A DNA stretch of 63,885 nucleotides. Origin: an uncultured Phycisphaerales bacterium (GTDB lineage: Bacteria > Planctomycetota > Phycisphaerae > SM23-33). Each line of letters starts with the position of its first letter. Position 1 is the stretch's first letter. The notes beneath the pieces were generated by a model. That model saw nothing but the letters and a program-made list of their open reading frames with translations. It ran no database searches and had not been told where the DNA came from. The translations under genes were made by a program, and so were the position numbers. The stretch covers positions 1-63,885 of the forward strand of contig CBDUQP010000003.1 in assembly GCA_965369385.1 (NCBI GenBank), written 5' to 3'. Of this stretch, positions 52,001 to 58,654 are shown in pieces.

Positions 52001-53020
52001 CACGCTGGCGTTATCGGAATGCGTCGCGGAGTAGGCACTGTCAAGCTTGCCGCCGCCGATACCGGAATCCTTAGCGTTGGGTTGGGAGCCAAGAGCCTGA
52101 AAGCTTCTGGAGATGTGTCCAATTCGCTGTTCACATTTGGAACGTGGATGGGTGCGGACAATGAATACAATACCGCCGATGATGAGATATTTGGTGGATC
52201 GTTGCGAAGTGCAAGCTTCAGCCGTGAGTTCGAAGACAGTGTCCTGGTTGCAGGCGTGTTGCCAAGCTTGAGTTACGGCGAGGGCTTCCCCATTGACCGG
52301 CGAGCTTATGTTGGTAACCGCGGAAGTTCTGATATCGCACTTCAGGACTCGGCTGAGGCGGGCGGATTGTTGCCCAGCACCATCGGACGCATAAATATTC
52401 GAGGAAGGGTCGTGAATAGCCATGCAAACACCGGAGCAATGTCAGCGATTGCTGCTGCCGATGGCGTTGGTTTGGTCAAACTGAGTCATCGCGGTAGCAC
52501 GATAGCGTGTCGCGCCTATCGAAATTCGCTTGGTGTGCCGCAGGGGGGCGCGGGCGCCCTGGTGATCTTGAACGACAGCAAGGCTGAATGGGTATTCTCC
52601 GAAGAGCTTAATAGTTCATCATTCGTGTTGGCCCAGAATAATACTGGTGGATCGGACTTGACCGACCCTAGCGATGTTCTAGGTAGTGTTGAGGTTATGG
52701 ATGAGAATGGAGTTTACTGCAATGACGTCCAGTTGGGTTACGAGACTCGTGTGGTCGCCGGTAAGACAGTTGGCGTATTGACGTTCTTCTCCCCCGGTTT
52801 GTTTGCTGCCGACAAAGGCGTGACCGTAACGATTCACGGTAGGACCGGCGCTGATGAGCTTACAATTTACGACAGGTCTGGCTTGAGGTCGGCCTTGCGA
52901 GATCCTAACCGTGACGGCGTATCTGATCCGAATGAAGATCCGCTGGGAACTATCTTCGATGGTGACGACGTAGACCAGGAAGAAGGCGGATCCGTTACTG
53001 CGACCAGGAACTTCCCATAA
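40067..53020 (+). CDS. Giant secreted protein (4317 aa): repeated beta-propeller-like regions and very long beta-solenoid-like repeat tracts
   Basis: Single uninterrupted 12,954-nt ORF. ATG at 40067 follows GGGAGA. N-terminal 'CFESLEQRQMLT' leader motif. Blade-like units occur at aa ~200-720, ~900-1330 and ~3250-3700 ('I.G(I/L/M)AF...G.LY(A/G)...L..I(D/N)..TG'). Hundreds of short units of the type 'G(D/N)h..h.V.G.h.G.I' occur at ~44.4-49.3 kb and ~51.4-52.5 kb. Confidence 0.85.
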   Translation: MSFFSSNDPRRKSLSLSPMCFESLEQRQMLTTLFGGDVFEFTAPNKGTHDPTDYLTVRVSLTGDIIVELIGCDFDDHNNIILGDIPGMLYQSDIGVGGTRILGGIAGGSGSQTMTGVSMPRPADGSTSESWAYNPVENNELINLQGLASRDALAQGDTYAFNVASYDNAAGDTVTAVQLTKIPSLTGNPTATEEANLASPKLDGFIANLTTGAIDGEITGFAINPVTGVAYVVADSPTNGPTLYTVDRDDGTVTLIDVIGLAGVGGNNQAIGGIQAIAFNAAGDLYGITRDYDGDATANASAHMDGETAATPSPAFDAALVKISTATAKFDGATEVFVIKDGGYDVGYDYSAMAFHPDSGVLYAAAVTPSGGTSLQVFGNTTADTVAVTAPKVIKTTEETPADTIIQGLTFANKPSGGWFLLGTDNQATTKLMSIDYQSAAANATILGVLDGPFRGLDSYLVTGDTRTLFGVNTNLGTGVSSLYRGTAMTLTRAAGATVESILGADFMPRTGTVNDGRLFFVCRQANDTARSDLLYSVDVDAGDDISIQNSLKYHGEISNSVDLSVSSIAFEESTTGGAKLYGYQSSDDVAQIIEINPTTGSSSRVGYVTQGGEPLTGITGIEFVADDPLTEAQELYMVTTGDEASLYRFNLNTHQTYLVGSVIDQDDSDIVLGTDGPIAGADLGGLAWQPNYLNPFTGEFGALIGSDVTSDQLVVIDHRDRPPTSDVFAIHISQSSPDASISMGIVPNFDPEDPTAERLLEPFGESVGFIRVTSTDGEEYEAVANGGTGGVYIGGRTEDISSDIDDEDLIPVIIGDLSKEIGAWPSSWDQLPGDDHNDTVAGVTVAASVLEYFTHTTAGLTTLPDLQDRMIGKNFDLVSEMATTSDGTTIVVDSDHIDENGNPVKDQIAEIDNATGQIQGTPASIVDAVTLAPIDGVQGLAYADDGSGDGTQDLYAILNVASNMPVDVGNDDLSILNPASPPPYIAALENPVAITAASAGIVYAIDDANGDDTLYKMHGWEVRTDGTLITMPSREIKNSAGEAITNIKSFEYDSTTGTLYFIGEDPTTSELRLYTLNPSTGETSDGQPLVPGAGVIADYRDFRGLAFVEGTLYAAGWHTADANGTTLFELDIATGDLTNLGKITVGGVDTPEIAEMDVDGSGRLVAVDSDDNRLIFVNLTDATLSIESTSAGSVDADLHGYASDNDGLFYSIMDPGGAAFEEIWVSEGDLPTLGKLVFDAGQNHWLFTEINTLDGGSITGVKAMAFTGNGSDGDTLQDLFVIDSLNQLHQINPANGDIVHTYGEVIDTDKILFDEFGVAIVGSGVINIGSMDFDGEGRLFGHDVGFGRLVTISTEIGGGAWVGYDDPVTPTAGTFESSDASFRPTVGAMSYDGSTQRFLAVDNITGSLATSPGESATLMVVKGNNVSNTDETVEFTQDATQDINNILIGGTVTGEVHISGSINTFYAGWLLTGDVSGLGSGSFPLNFTVGGDILNLIVSDDIGTSGSYLEDEDVTELTYATEFDMHVMGKIGQVWSMGTICGEISAENNDDVGGFTRDAFVNGPVNVLGYTEVESKDSLPDGPESGREDYAFGTLFRLHAGDGRFDNDTIETAQYVGTMRQNGPDDPDQIVIAGLGGTDYFSFGLLGGQTIEILASNIEMLELYDPDGRLIATNQENIDDDFVNTVNDRNTIRLTVDRPGIYTVGAQTDVLYAVTINDVGEVAIGAVRADKDLYNSSGTMVGVQSDHGVNRSGDVGVVKAGNYIISVGGGVDIEVTDGNLRAMTATRIGVTWEGEIKPEDGKPCKVNVHASGDVGLILSSEAITGELDEGAMVLEATVGGNMQVIDAAGELVIEADVDKGIGVIRAGSIVDDDAYINVNRDNDGQDGIIDLIDIEGDLTGLPITTGAGGNVRYMRVGGNIRQTELFGGSNMATTVTLEPGQSLADYYNGLGFVDDSGTTINIAPIDSITGEQSETAQMVLRYFGILGSGGAVLVDITCSTSVEITAYDSGLGNFVEIGKIDLTGAAGQATITNANGDAMLDESGTTLTVEILGNCSVDVLEIVGGEFTSIKNKSGSLDHYGDAGEIVSVTATSIGLLSSRGNIGIARSHTGTVINPRAIVSGGNSYPFVQQHTGIVAGNIGDIVSHKAIGNIISSGTIGRVYANYENTVDHMAELGELDAIGQYHGIVAPILAATRIHSVNIGEGIAPTGSGSVGFAGLFSPGTIGTVRNQGSGSDIYGDIVGTGGVEKIILINGSLIDTNVMTVSLGHNIEDRPEDGWLSGDIGMISITGDGGIIGTYFLAINIGNTTVRGGLGIVNSLYQVTGGGSSIGNITVTSGIIRDVSLENATHVGNVTARGMGSTVPVAELSSALRYSGDADYAYNPLFGFVHRTTNDIHFDLAGGAAPTLTSGYIKKFKLHGMGDMDFLRGYHVEECEIFVTNMFRGVRTVTDMDEFRGSVIRAGRLGSMEIGGNFGSVVAVPDVTVAGQIDRIVVGGDWARARVEAQGPNGNIVYIRIDGEMLSGSVKATGKIGTFIVGGDMHGNLEVTSDGKYAIKTFKVGGSLTGNVIFNGNVGLLDFPQTLGAPGGSLYVTGNLNRLRVGSSRTLVPVSLSLNLTVLGDLKTLDVTGEIVGDILVQGDLGSIIVKSDAASAGTSIIDGTITVLGTLGTVKVTGGDIDGDIIVASDIRSFTITDGDLSATGMVMSSFGNIASFMIRGGDLLGQVLADNGMIGRLSVLGSDLGAASVIRSEELGTMTIDGSILAGAEVTVSGAVKSIKIGQDLVGTVALGSVGTMSIGRDLQGSLTSGYVSRGTRLTVGGDLAGVVDIDADTRLMVRGDTTAASTMLFGRGLTSAKFYGEVGGRLIVDEAIGSFQAASLKSAVVTSGFDIKSFAVRGNVDESFLQAGTSSGEDGTFGTDDLHEDSRMGQISSLTIGGTMTNSVFAAGGDIGRATVSGGMTNSSISSGFAADSDAIAVVYLDATPLGDAAERNAARAGAGRSLFNGDVGSVTVGGTGMVGSYLTAGVDPGDDGVFGVGAGANADNVVTSVTGGQSRFSSVRTVADAASYVLADTGIGRNGITGAGAANTDVDVTYDVNANALSANHALEAVVGVAENPVVGASFVYHGMTITVRGNGQVVVRDGGGDADKIDTLVLIGTDSRTTISIVSDVPGTKSICRILTADDSTVGTLTFDGDITGDNGGDNDDPALWIDGNIKTLAFRAMVDDDTTSGRWNGRIGGDIGSLELETQGAGRLRIGGEARKISITDSVGDVLLVTDAAAPAAGTFDTATSMAIDGVAKWIYDGTNLKDLAGTEDNVVSDAYRGSALVVNGLRGMDFSGGTLYAVVNTTPVSPTVVVSDAISDSADGLRCLTDIGSDTIVGIETSDNRDYLVNYDTTTGVTTRIGQLRDIFNNTYNQEVLAMAYSNSTQKLYALVSDRDGSGTLHSDADGVALVAIATETDGGGKIRVTSPTNDYRAGLFVDGGGETNDFTAMAVKPNGTVYAIRRNGASDELVTLNVTTGNITSTNTVQLPGGVDTDIVGMAFDITNGNKLIAFNNDGASAGMIEISTADGSAIEIVPSGVLDAAIDGFTIGNSGTGYAFDTAGSGSFYKSPGLQQTFGTLDTTNGDFTWWKALEQDDSGTPLESVVVDMAVDANDTGDVFVLTADGNLWRYAIAEGDLVGGVAIGTIVDVNTGEALDIRSFDFDDNDDLVGLDANNGRVVRINKATAAATVLFEAGVVDPDDLTAFASNAAGTTFYAFSNSADNFFGLAGLNQSALAGITVESVGTLTLGGGAQYGGRVVATGNTFKTVKVTGPFNGRVVTVGDINRFSMTGHFGGSLIAGGSIKSVSIKGGDFQVGGSVIARGDLKSLSLSGGNFSGVISAQTAGNVRVSGAALAEARVFVTDMANTIMFNGAFSGQMTLGSAKSITIGGQLASDEASITVNGKTGKLSIKGGTIADSLVLLDGYVRSLQLGGTHAGVIGMRRGVGTVKLAAADTGILSVGLGAKSLKASGDVSNSLFTFGTWMGADNEYNTADDEIFGGSLRSASFSREFEDSVLVAGVLPSLSYGEGFPIDRRAYVGNRGSSDIALQDSAEAGGLLPSTIGRINIRGRVVNSHANTGAMSAIAAADGVGLVKLSHRGSTIACRAYRNSLGVPQGGAGALVILNDSKAEWVFSEELNSSSFVLAQNNTGGSDLTDPSDVLGSVEVMDENGVYCNDVQLGYETRVVAGKTVGVLTFFSPGLFAADKGVTVTIHGRTGADELTIYDRSGLRSALRDPNRDGVSDPNEDPLGTIFDGDDVDQEEGGSVTATRNFP

Positions 53021-53145
53021 CGCCAACAATACCTTCTAAACGTTAGTGTCCATTGACGGTTTCGGGCAGATGGATCACCTTGACATGCTCTACAAATAGT
53101 TCGGTGTTTAGGCCGAGTCTGACAGCAGTACATTGAGTCTATTTG

Positions 53146-53181
53146 CGAGCCCATCCCACAAAGGGGTGGGCTCGTTCTTTT
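53146..53181 (+). terminator. Rho-independent terminator after the 4317-aa gene
   Basis: GCGAGCCCATCCC-ACAAA-GGGGTGGGCTCG stem (one G-U) followed by TTCTTTT. Confidence 0.6.
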
Positions 53182-53815
53182 GACAGGGGTAGCTGCCTTT
53201 CACCCAATTCCCGTCACATCTCATTGGTCGCCATGGCGTTCGAATACTCCACCGTTGTGGCAGTCAGTTCGAACAGGCATCGTTATTAGGGTTTTTTCCC
53301 TATTGGGGCTGGCCGCCACCGCCGTCATTCAGGGACACGCTGCTGAATCTGACATATCGTTCACTGGAATTCCCGCAGAACGATCTCCCCTCGGAATCAG
53401 GTAACTGCGTGAATGTAATTGCGGATAGAAAGCCTTTGCGGGGTTACTTCGACATGTTTGGCATCAATGTTGCCTCTCAGAATTGGAGGTATTTAAGCTT
53501 TCGTGCGTGTTTTTTTGCAATCAGATTCGTCAGAAAGAAAATTGTGGCAGCGTTGGGGCTTGGATGGGGGCAGTGTTATAAATAGTGTCAGATCGTATAG
53601 ATAGAGTGTTACAATTATCAAATCTGTAGTGCCTCCCCCTCGTGTCAACAGCGATTGCCCATATCTCGGGAGCGATTTCGTTTGGTTGATAATGAATCGT
53701 AGAATTCTTGTAGCTTTACCGAACTAGCTACCGCATTGACCCGATGAATGCCTCTGGAGAGGAATTCTGAGGAATCACTCGGGTCGTGTTGTCGACTTGA
53801 AGCGGAGGATGAAAG

Positions 53816-56800
53816 ATGTTCGGGAGAACAGAGGGATTCTCTCGTCACTATGGTGACGAGGATATTGCGCATGGGCCAGCCGTTCTGGAGCCCCTCGAGC
53901 CGCGCCTGTACATGTCAGCGGATTCACTTCCCCAGACGGTGGATATCGAATGGGCTGGATACACCACGCAGGCAGTAGCAAACGAATGGGTTGTTCGCTT
54001 CAACGCAACCGATGTCAAAATTTCTGATATAGAATCTCAGCTTTCCGCAAGTGGTTTTATTGACGCCGAACTCACCAGCTTAGGTGGTGGTTTCGGCGTT
54101 TTGTCGTCTGAGATCGCTGCGCTCGATCAGCTTCAGGCCTGGGTGGATACGGTAGACGAGGTGGTCTACATTGAACCCAACTTCGTTCACTCGATGGGAG
54201 ACGTTCAGGTCGATGCGATCAATCCCAGCGATCCCAGTTTCTCTACGCTATGGGGTCTGAATAATACCGGCCAGTTGGGCGGTACGGTAGACGCGGACAT
54301 CGATGCTCCCGAGGCGTGGGATATTACCACTGGATCATCGGATGTGGTTATCGCGATTATCGACACCGGTATCGACTACAACCACATTGATCTGTCCGCC
54401 AATATTTGGACAAATCCTGGCGAGATAGCCGGCGATGGAATCGATAATGACGGTAACGGTTTTGTAGATGACGTGCATGGATGGGATTTCGCTAACGACG
54501 ATGGCAACCCGCTTGACGATCACGGGCATGGTACGCATGTTGCCGGCACCATAGGTGCGGTTGGCGGCAATGCCACGGGAGTCACTGGCGTCAACTGGAA
54601 CGTCAAGATGATGGCGATGAAGTTCCTCGATGGCGGAGGCTCCGGTTCTACTGCTGACGCCATATACTCCATCAACTACATAACAATGATGAAGCGAGAC
54701 TATGGCATAAACATAGTCGCGGCGAATAACAGTTGGGGCGGAGGTGGGTATTCAAACGCGCTCTATCAGGCGGTGGAACAGGCCAATGACGCGGGCATTT
54801 TGTTCATAGCGGCGGCGGGAAATGAGGGGACGAATAACGAAGTGACCCCGCATTATCCCAGTTCCCTCACAAATGACAACGTGATATCGGTTGCCTCGAC
54901 CACTCGCACCGATTCGCTTTCGGGCTTCTCATGCTATGGAGTTACTTCGGTAGACCTGGCTGCGCCAGGCTCGTACATATATTCGACAACTCCCGGAAAT
55001 AACTACGCCACATACAGCGGCACCTCCATGGCCACGCCGCATGTCACCGGCGTTGTTGGGTTGCTGGCTGCGTATAACCCCAATGCCACCGCAGCCGAGA
55101 TAAAGGCCGCCATCCTTGCCGGCGTTGACGAAATTGTCTCTCTTGCCGGGAAAACGCTTACCGGCGGAAGGCTTAATGCCTTCAAGGCACTTCAGGCACT
55201 CGGAGCCGGCGGTGGCGGAGAAGATGTAACGCCGCCATCAGTACTGTCGGTCACGCCGTCAGGGACTACAGTCCAGGCTGACATGATCAGTGTGAACTTC
55301 AGCGAGCAGCTTGATGCCGACAGTTTGGAAGGCAGCAATTTCTTGCTGAGAAGCAGCGGCGCCGATGGTGTGTTTGATACCGGCGATGACGATATCATTA
55401 CAATTGAGACCGATGATATATCCAATCCATCTGGAAACTGGATCTCGTTGCAATTGGATGGTGAGTTGGATGCAGGCGAATATCGTCTTACGCTTCTGGG
55501 CACGGGAATCAATCCGCTCAGCGACGTCGCAGGCAACACCCTCGCCGACGGTTCTGACGTGATCCGCACCTTCACCGTGCTTGATCTCGCTGATGATACC
55601 GAGCAGAACGATACGCTGGCAACTGCCATGGCTACTGGCTTGGGCGGTATCGGTCAGGTTCAGTTCGCCGGATGGATCGGCAATGGTGCGTATGGTACGA
55701 AGGATGTGGATATGTACGAATTCACGGCCGCCAGCGATATGCTGCTGACCGTGGATCTGGATACCGCAAGTGACGGAAGCACTCTTACCGGCGGTGTGCG
55801 TGTGTTCAATGCATCAGGTAACGAGCTGGTGTTCAGCATAGACCGGGATTCGGATGCGGCTTGTCTCGTGTTCGAGATAGATGAAGCTGGAACTTATACG
55901 GTTGGCGTGTCAGGGCATGATAACCTTGACTACGCTGCCACGTCCAACGACAGCGGACAGGCTGGTTCTACCGGCCTCTACGGGCTAACAATGTCTCTCG
56001 CAGCAAACGATATAACCGACGATCCGACAACTTCGCCGGACGGCGGCGGGTATTATGCACGTGTGACCGGGTTTGTGTTCGAAGATATCAGTGGCGTAGG
56101 CAACTCGGCGTTGCGGCCGACTTCTGACGATGTCTCGTACGGAATTACCTCGGGGCAATTGTCTGGTTTCAATTTCGAATTCTATGGCCAGGATGTTACC
56201 TCCCTGTATGTGTCGAGCAACGGTCTGCTATCTTTCGGGCAGGGAAATACCGACTATCGCAACACGGATCTGTTGGCATCGCCTTCGCAGGCCGTGCTGG
56301 CTGCGTTCTGGGATGATCTGGTTGTGGGTGGGAATGATGATTCGGAGATATTGTGGGATATTCGCGGAAGTGGCGATGATCAGCGTCTGATCGTTCAGTG
56401 GAATGATTTGCGTCATTATGGCTCAGCAAACGGTCAGGACATAACGTTCCAGGCAGTGATGTACGAATCCGATAATTCGATAAGGTTCAACTATCTGGAT
56501 CTTCAAGTCGACGACATCACGCACACAGAAGCGAGGTCGGCTACGATAGGGATCAAGGATGCGGGCGCCCAGGGCGCAAGCCGCCTCTTGCTATCTTACA
56601 ATCAGGCAAGCAGCCCGTTTGTAGGGTCCGGCACGAGTACGTTGATTGTGCAGGGCGAAGTGCCCGAACCCACGCCGCAGTATGCCGATTTGACCTGTGA
56701 CATCGTTTATGACACGATTACGCAAACGGTCGTTCCCGGGCAGCGTGGGGTTGCCTATGTTACGATAGCCAATGTTGGCCAGGTAGCTACTAAGACTCGC

Positions 56801-58390
56801 GTCACCATTAACTTCTATGCATCAGCCGATACCACATTGGATGTTGATACCGACATTCTTCTGACATCATATACCAACCAGCGGGTATCGCTTTCTGCAG
56901 GTGCGGTCAGAATGTACAGGGCCAGGCTCGTGGTTCCCGGCGATCTGTTGCCGGACAGCTATCACCTTATCGCTAAGGTTGATGCCGACGATGCGCTGGA
57001 AGAATCCAACGAGGACAATAACGTGGCCGTCAGCGCCGAGACAATGGATGTTGTCTGGCGGTTCGGGAACTTTGATGGTATGCGCAATGTGCGGTTGACG
57101 GTGAAGGATGCTTCTGGCAATCTCGTCAGATTCTCTTTGCGTGGCAATGGCTATGGCGAAGTGACAGGCGGCACCGATTTCAGCCGGATAGAACTTCACG
57201 GAACAACCAATCGGTCCACTCTACAGATCGCTACCCAGCGCAGGGCAGTTACAACCGTGGGTGACATTGTTGCTGATGGTTCGTTGCGAGGCATTATCGG
57301 GCGCTATGCGAATTTGGGCGGTGATGTCTCTATCGCCGGATCACTGTCACTCCTGATGATGGGCAACGTCACCGATGGAGCTGGCGGGACACACTCGATA
57401 GACATAAACACTGCCGGTGGGGGCGCTGGCAGCCAGGTCATGATTCGTCTTGGCGAGGTCGAAGATACGAGTATTGACACAAATGGTGCCGATATTCGGG
57501 CACTCTATGTGACCAACTGGCTAGATACTGATGGCCAGGCAGATGTGATTGATGCCAATTCGATAAGGACGATGAGGGTATTGGGCAATCGCAGGACTGG
57601 CGTCGCAGGCGATTTCGGCGGTGAAATCACTCTCAGCGGTGCCAGCCGTCGCGGCCGTGCCTTCGGTTCCATGATAGTCGCAGGTACGGTTTTTGATGGG
57701 AGCATAACGGCCGTGGCTGGCGGCGTTGGAACTGTCCGTGTAGGGGCGTGGAATGGCGGGGCGATCACAGCGAACTCGGTTCGCAGCCTTCGCACTTCTG
57801 CCGGCAGGGGCGGACTCACCACCGGGAACTTCAGTTCCGATCTCACGCTTAGTGGCACAGGGGTCACTGGAAGAGCCAAGACGCTTGGATCGGCGAAGAT
57901 CGCCGGTGATCTGACGAGTAATATATGGGATATATCCGGCAATGTGGGCAGAATATCGGTGAAGGGCACGATCGGCGGAGGCGTGGAACTTAATAGCACA
58001 ATCCGCGTTTCAGGCAATATCCAGAGCATCACCGCACAGAAAATGAGTAACGTGGACATCCTTGCTGGTGTGGGCTCTATCAATGGACAACATGCAGAGC
58101 AGCAAGCCGATTTCCTGTCTAATGCTTCCCGCATAGGGTCTCTTACGATTACCGGAGACGGCACGGACAATCCGGCATTTACCAATAGCACCGTTTCAGC
58201 GTGGAAGCTCGGAAAGGTGAGACTGACGAACGTCGATTCCGCTGACAGCGGTATGTTTGTTCGTTCGGGTCTGTCTGGAGGCGGAATTGGCCGGCTGAAT
58301 TATCTCGACACAGTTGCCGGTCGTAGCTTTTCTGCACGCACGATAGATGACATGGCAGACGAACTGAGCGGATTCATTAACATCTTGTAA
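53816..58390 (+). CDS. Giant secreted subtilisin-like (S8) serine protease fused to Ig-like, PPC-like and CARDB-like domains and a C-terminal beta-solenoid module (1524 aa)
   Basis: GGAGGA lies 6 nt before the ATG. N-terminal 'VLEPLEPRLYMS' motif. Catalytic triad contexts 'VIAIIDTGID', 'HGHGTHVAGTIGA' and 'GTSMATPHVTGVVGLLAA'. 'AAAGNEG' (oxyanion Asn). C-terminal module at ~57050-58387 is co-linear with 7440-9140. Confidence 0.9.
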   Translation: MFGRTEGFSRHYGDEDIAHGPAVLEPLEPRLYMSADSLPQTVDIEWAGYTTQAVANEWVVRFNATDVKISDIESQLSASGFIDAELTSLGGGFGVLSSEIAALDQLQAWVDTVDEVVYIEPNFVHSMGDVQVDAINPSDPSFSTLWGLNNTGQLGGTVDADIDAPEAWDITTGSSDVVIAIIDTGIDYNHIDLSANIWTNPGEIAGDGIDNDGNGFVDDVHGWDFANDDGNPLDDHGHGTHVAGTIGAVGGNATGVTGVNWNVKMMAMKFLDGGGSGSTADAIYSINYITMMKRDYGINIVAANNSWGGGGYSNALYQAVEQANDAGILFIAAAGNEGTNNEVTPHYPSSLTNDNVISVASTTRTDSLSGFSCYGVTSVDLAAPGSYIYSTTPGNNYATYSGTSMATPHVTGVVGLLAAYNPNATAAEIKAAILAGVDEIVSLAGKTLTGGRLNAFKALQALGAGGGGEDVTPPSVLSVTPSGTTVQADMISVNFSEQLDADSLEGSNFLLRSSGADGVFDTGDDDIITIETDDISNPSGNWISLQLDGELDAGEYRLTLLGTGINPLSDVAGNTLADGSDVIRTFTVLDLADDTEQNDTLATAMATGLGGIGQVQFAGWIGNGAYGTKDVDMYEFTAASDMLLTVDLDTASDGSTLTGGVRVFNASGNELVFSIDRDSDAACLVFEIDEAGTYTVGVSGHDNLDYAATSNDSGQAGSTGLYGLTMSLAANDITDDPTTSPDGGGYYARVTGFVFEDISGVGNSALRPTSDDVSYGITSGQLSGFNFEFYGQDVTSLYVSSNGLLSFGQGNTDYRNTDLLASPSQAVLAAFWDDLVVGGNDDSEILWDIRGSGDDQRLIVQWNDLRHYGSANGQDITFQAVMYESDNSIRFNYLDLQVDDITHTEARSATIGIKDAGAQGASRLLLSYNQASSPFVGSGTSTLIVQGEVPEPTPQYADLTCDIVYDTITQTVVPGQRGVAYVTIANVGQVATKTRVTINFYASADTTLDVDTDILLTSYTNQRVSLSAGAVRMYRARLVVPGDLLPDSYHLIAKVDADDALEESNEDNNVAVSAETMDVVWRFGNFDGMRNVRLTVKDASGNLVRFSLRGNGYGEVTGGTDFSRIELHGTTNRSTLQIATQRRAVTTVGDIVADGSLRGIIGRYANLGGDVSIAGSLSLLMMGNVTDGAGGTHSIDINTAGGGAGSQVMIRLGEVEDTSIDTNGADIRALYVTNWLDTDGQADVIDANSIRTMRVLGNRRTGVAGDFGGEITLSGASRRGRAFGSMIVAGTVFDGSITAVAGGVGTVRVGAWNGGAITANSVRSLRTSAGRGGLTTGNFSSDLTLSGTGVTGRAKTLGSAKIAGDLTSNIWDISGNVGRISVKGTIGGGVELNSTIRVSGNIQSITAQKMSNVDILAGVGSINGQHAEQQADFLSNASRIGSLTITGDGTDNPAFTNSTVSAWKLGKVRLTNVDSADSGMFVRSGLSGGGIGRLNYLDTVAGRSFSARTIDDMADELSGFINIL

Positions 58391-58447
58391 GAAGAACAGT
58401 CCCCAAAGCTACAGTATTTTGGGGTAATTGTATGCATCTGAACAAAG

Positions 58448-58470
58448 GGTCGGCATACTGCCGGCCTTTT
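58448..58470 (+). terminator. Rho-independent terminator candidate after the S8 protease gene
   Basis: GGTCGGCA-TAC-TGCCGGCC (one G-U) followed by TTTT. Confidence 0.5.
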
Positions 58471-58654
58471 GCTTTGCGCCAAAAGTCTTGCATTTGCAAA
58501 GTATTTAGGGTATCTGATCATATCTGCAGTCTTGTCGAATCAGTGGGTGTTGAAGTAGTTAGCATTCCATTGTCGGATGCCGCCGGAGTGTTTTTAGATG
58601 GTCTGGCGATCCGACAGGCTACCAGGGCAAGCTTGTGACCAACAGGAGCTCAGT

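Noticed and set aside
53180-53404. 74-aa + strand ORF in the 795-nt spacer upstream of the S8 protease gene
   Set aside because: It begins inside the T-tract of the upstream terminator and has no RBS and no recognisable motif. The spacer is probably a long promoter and 5'-UTR region.
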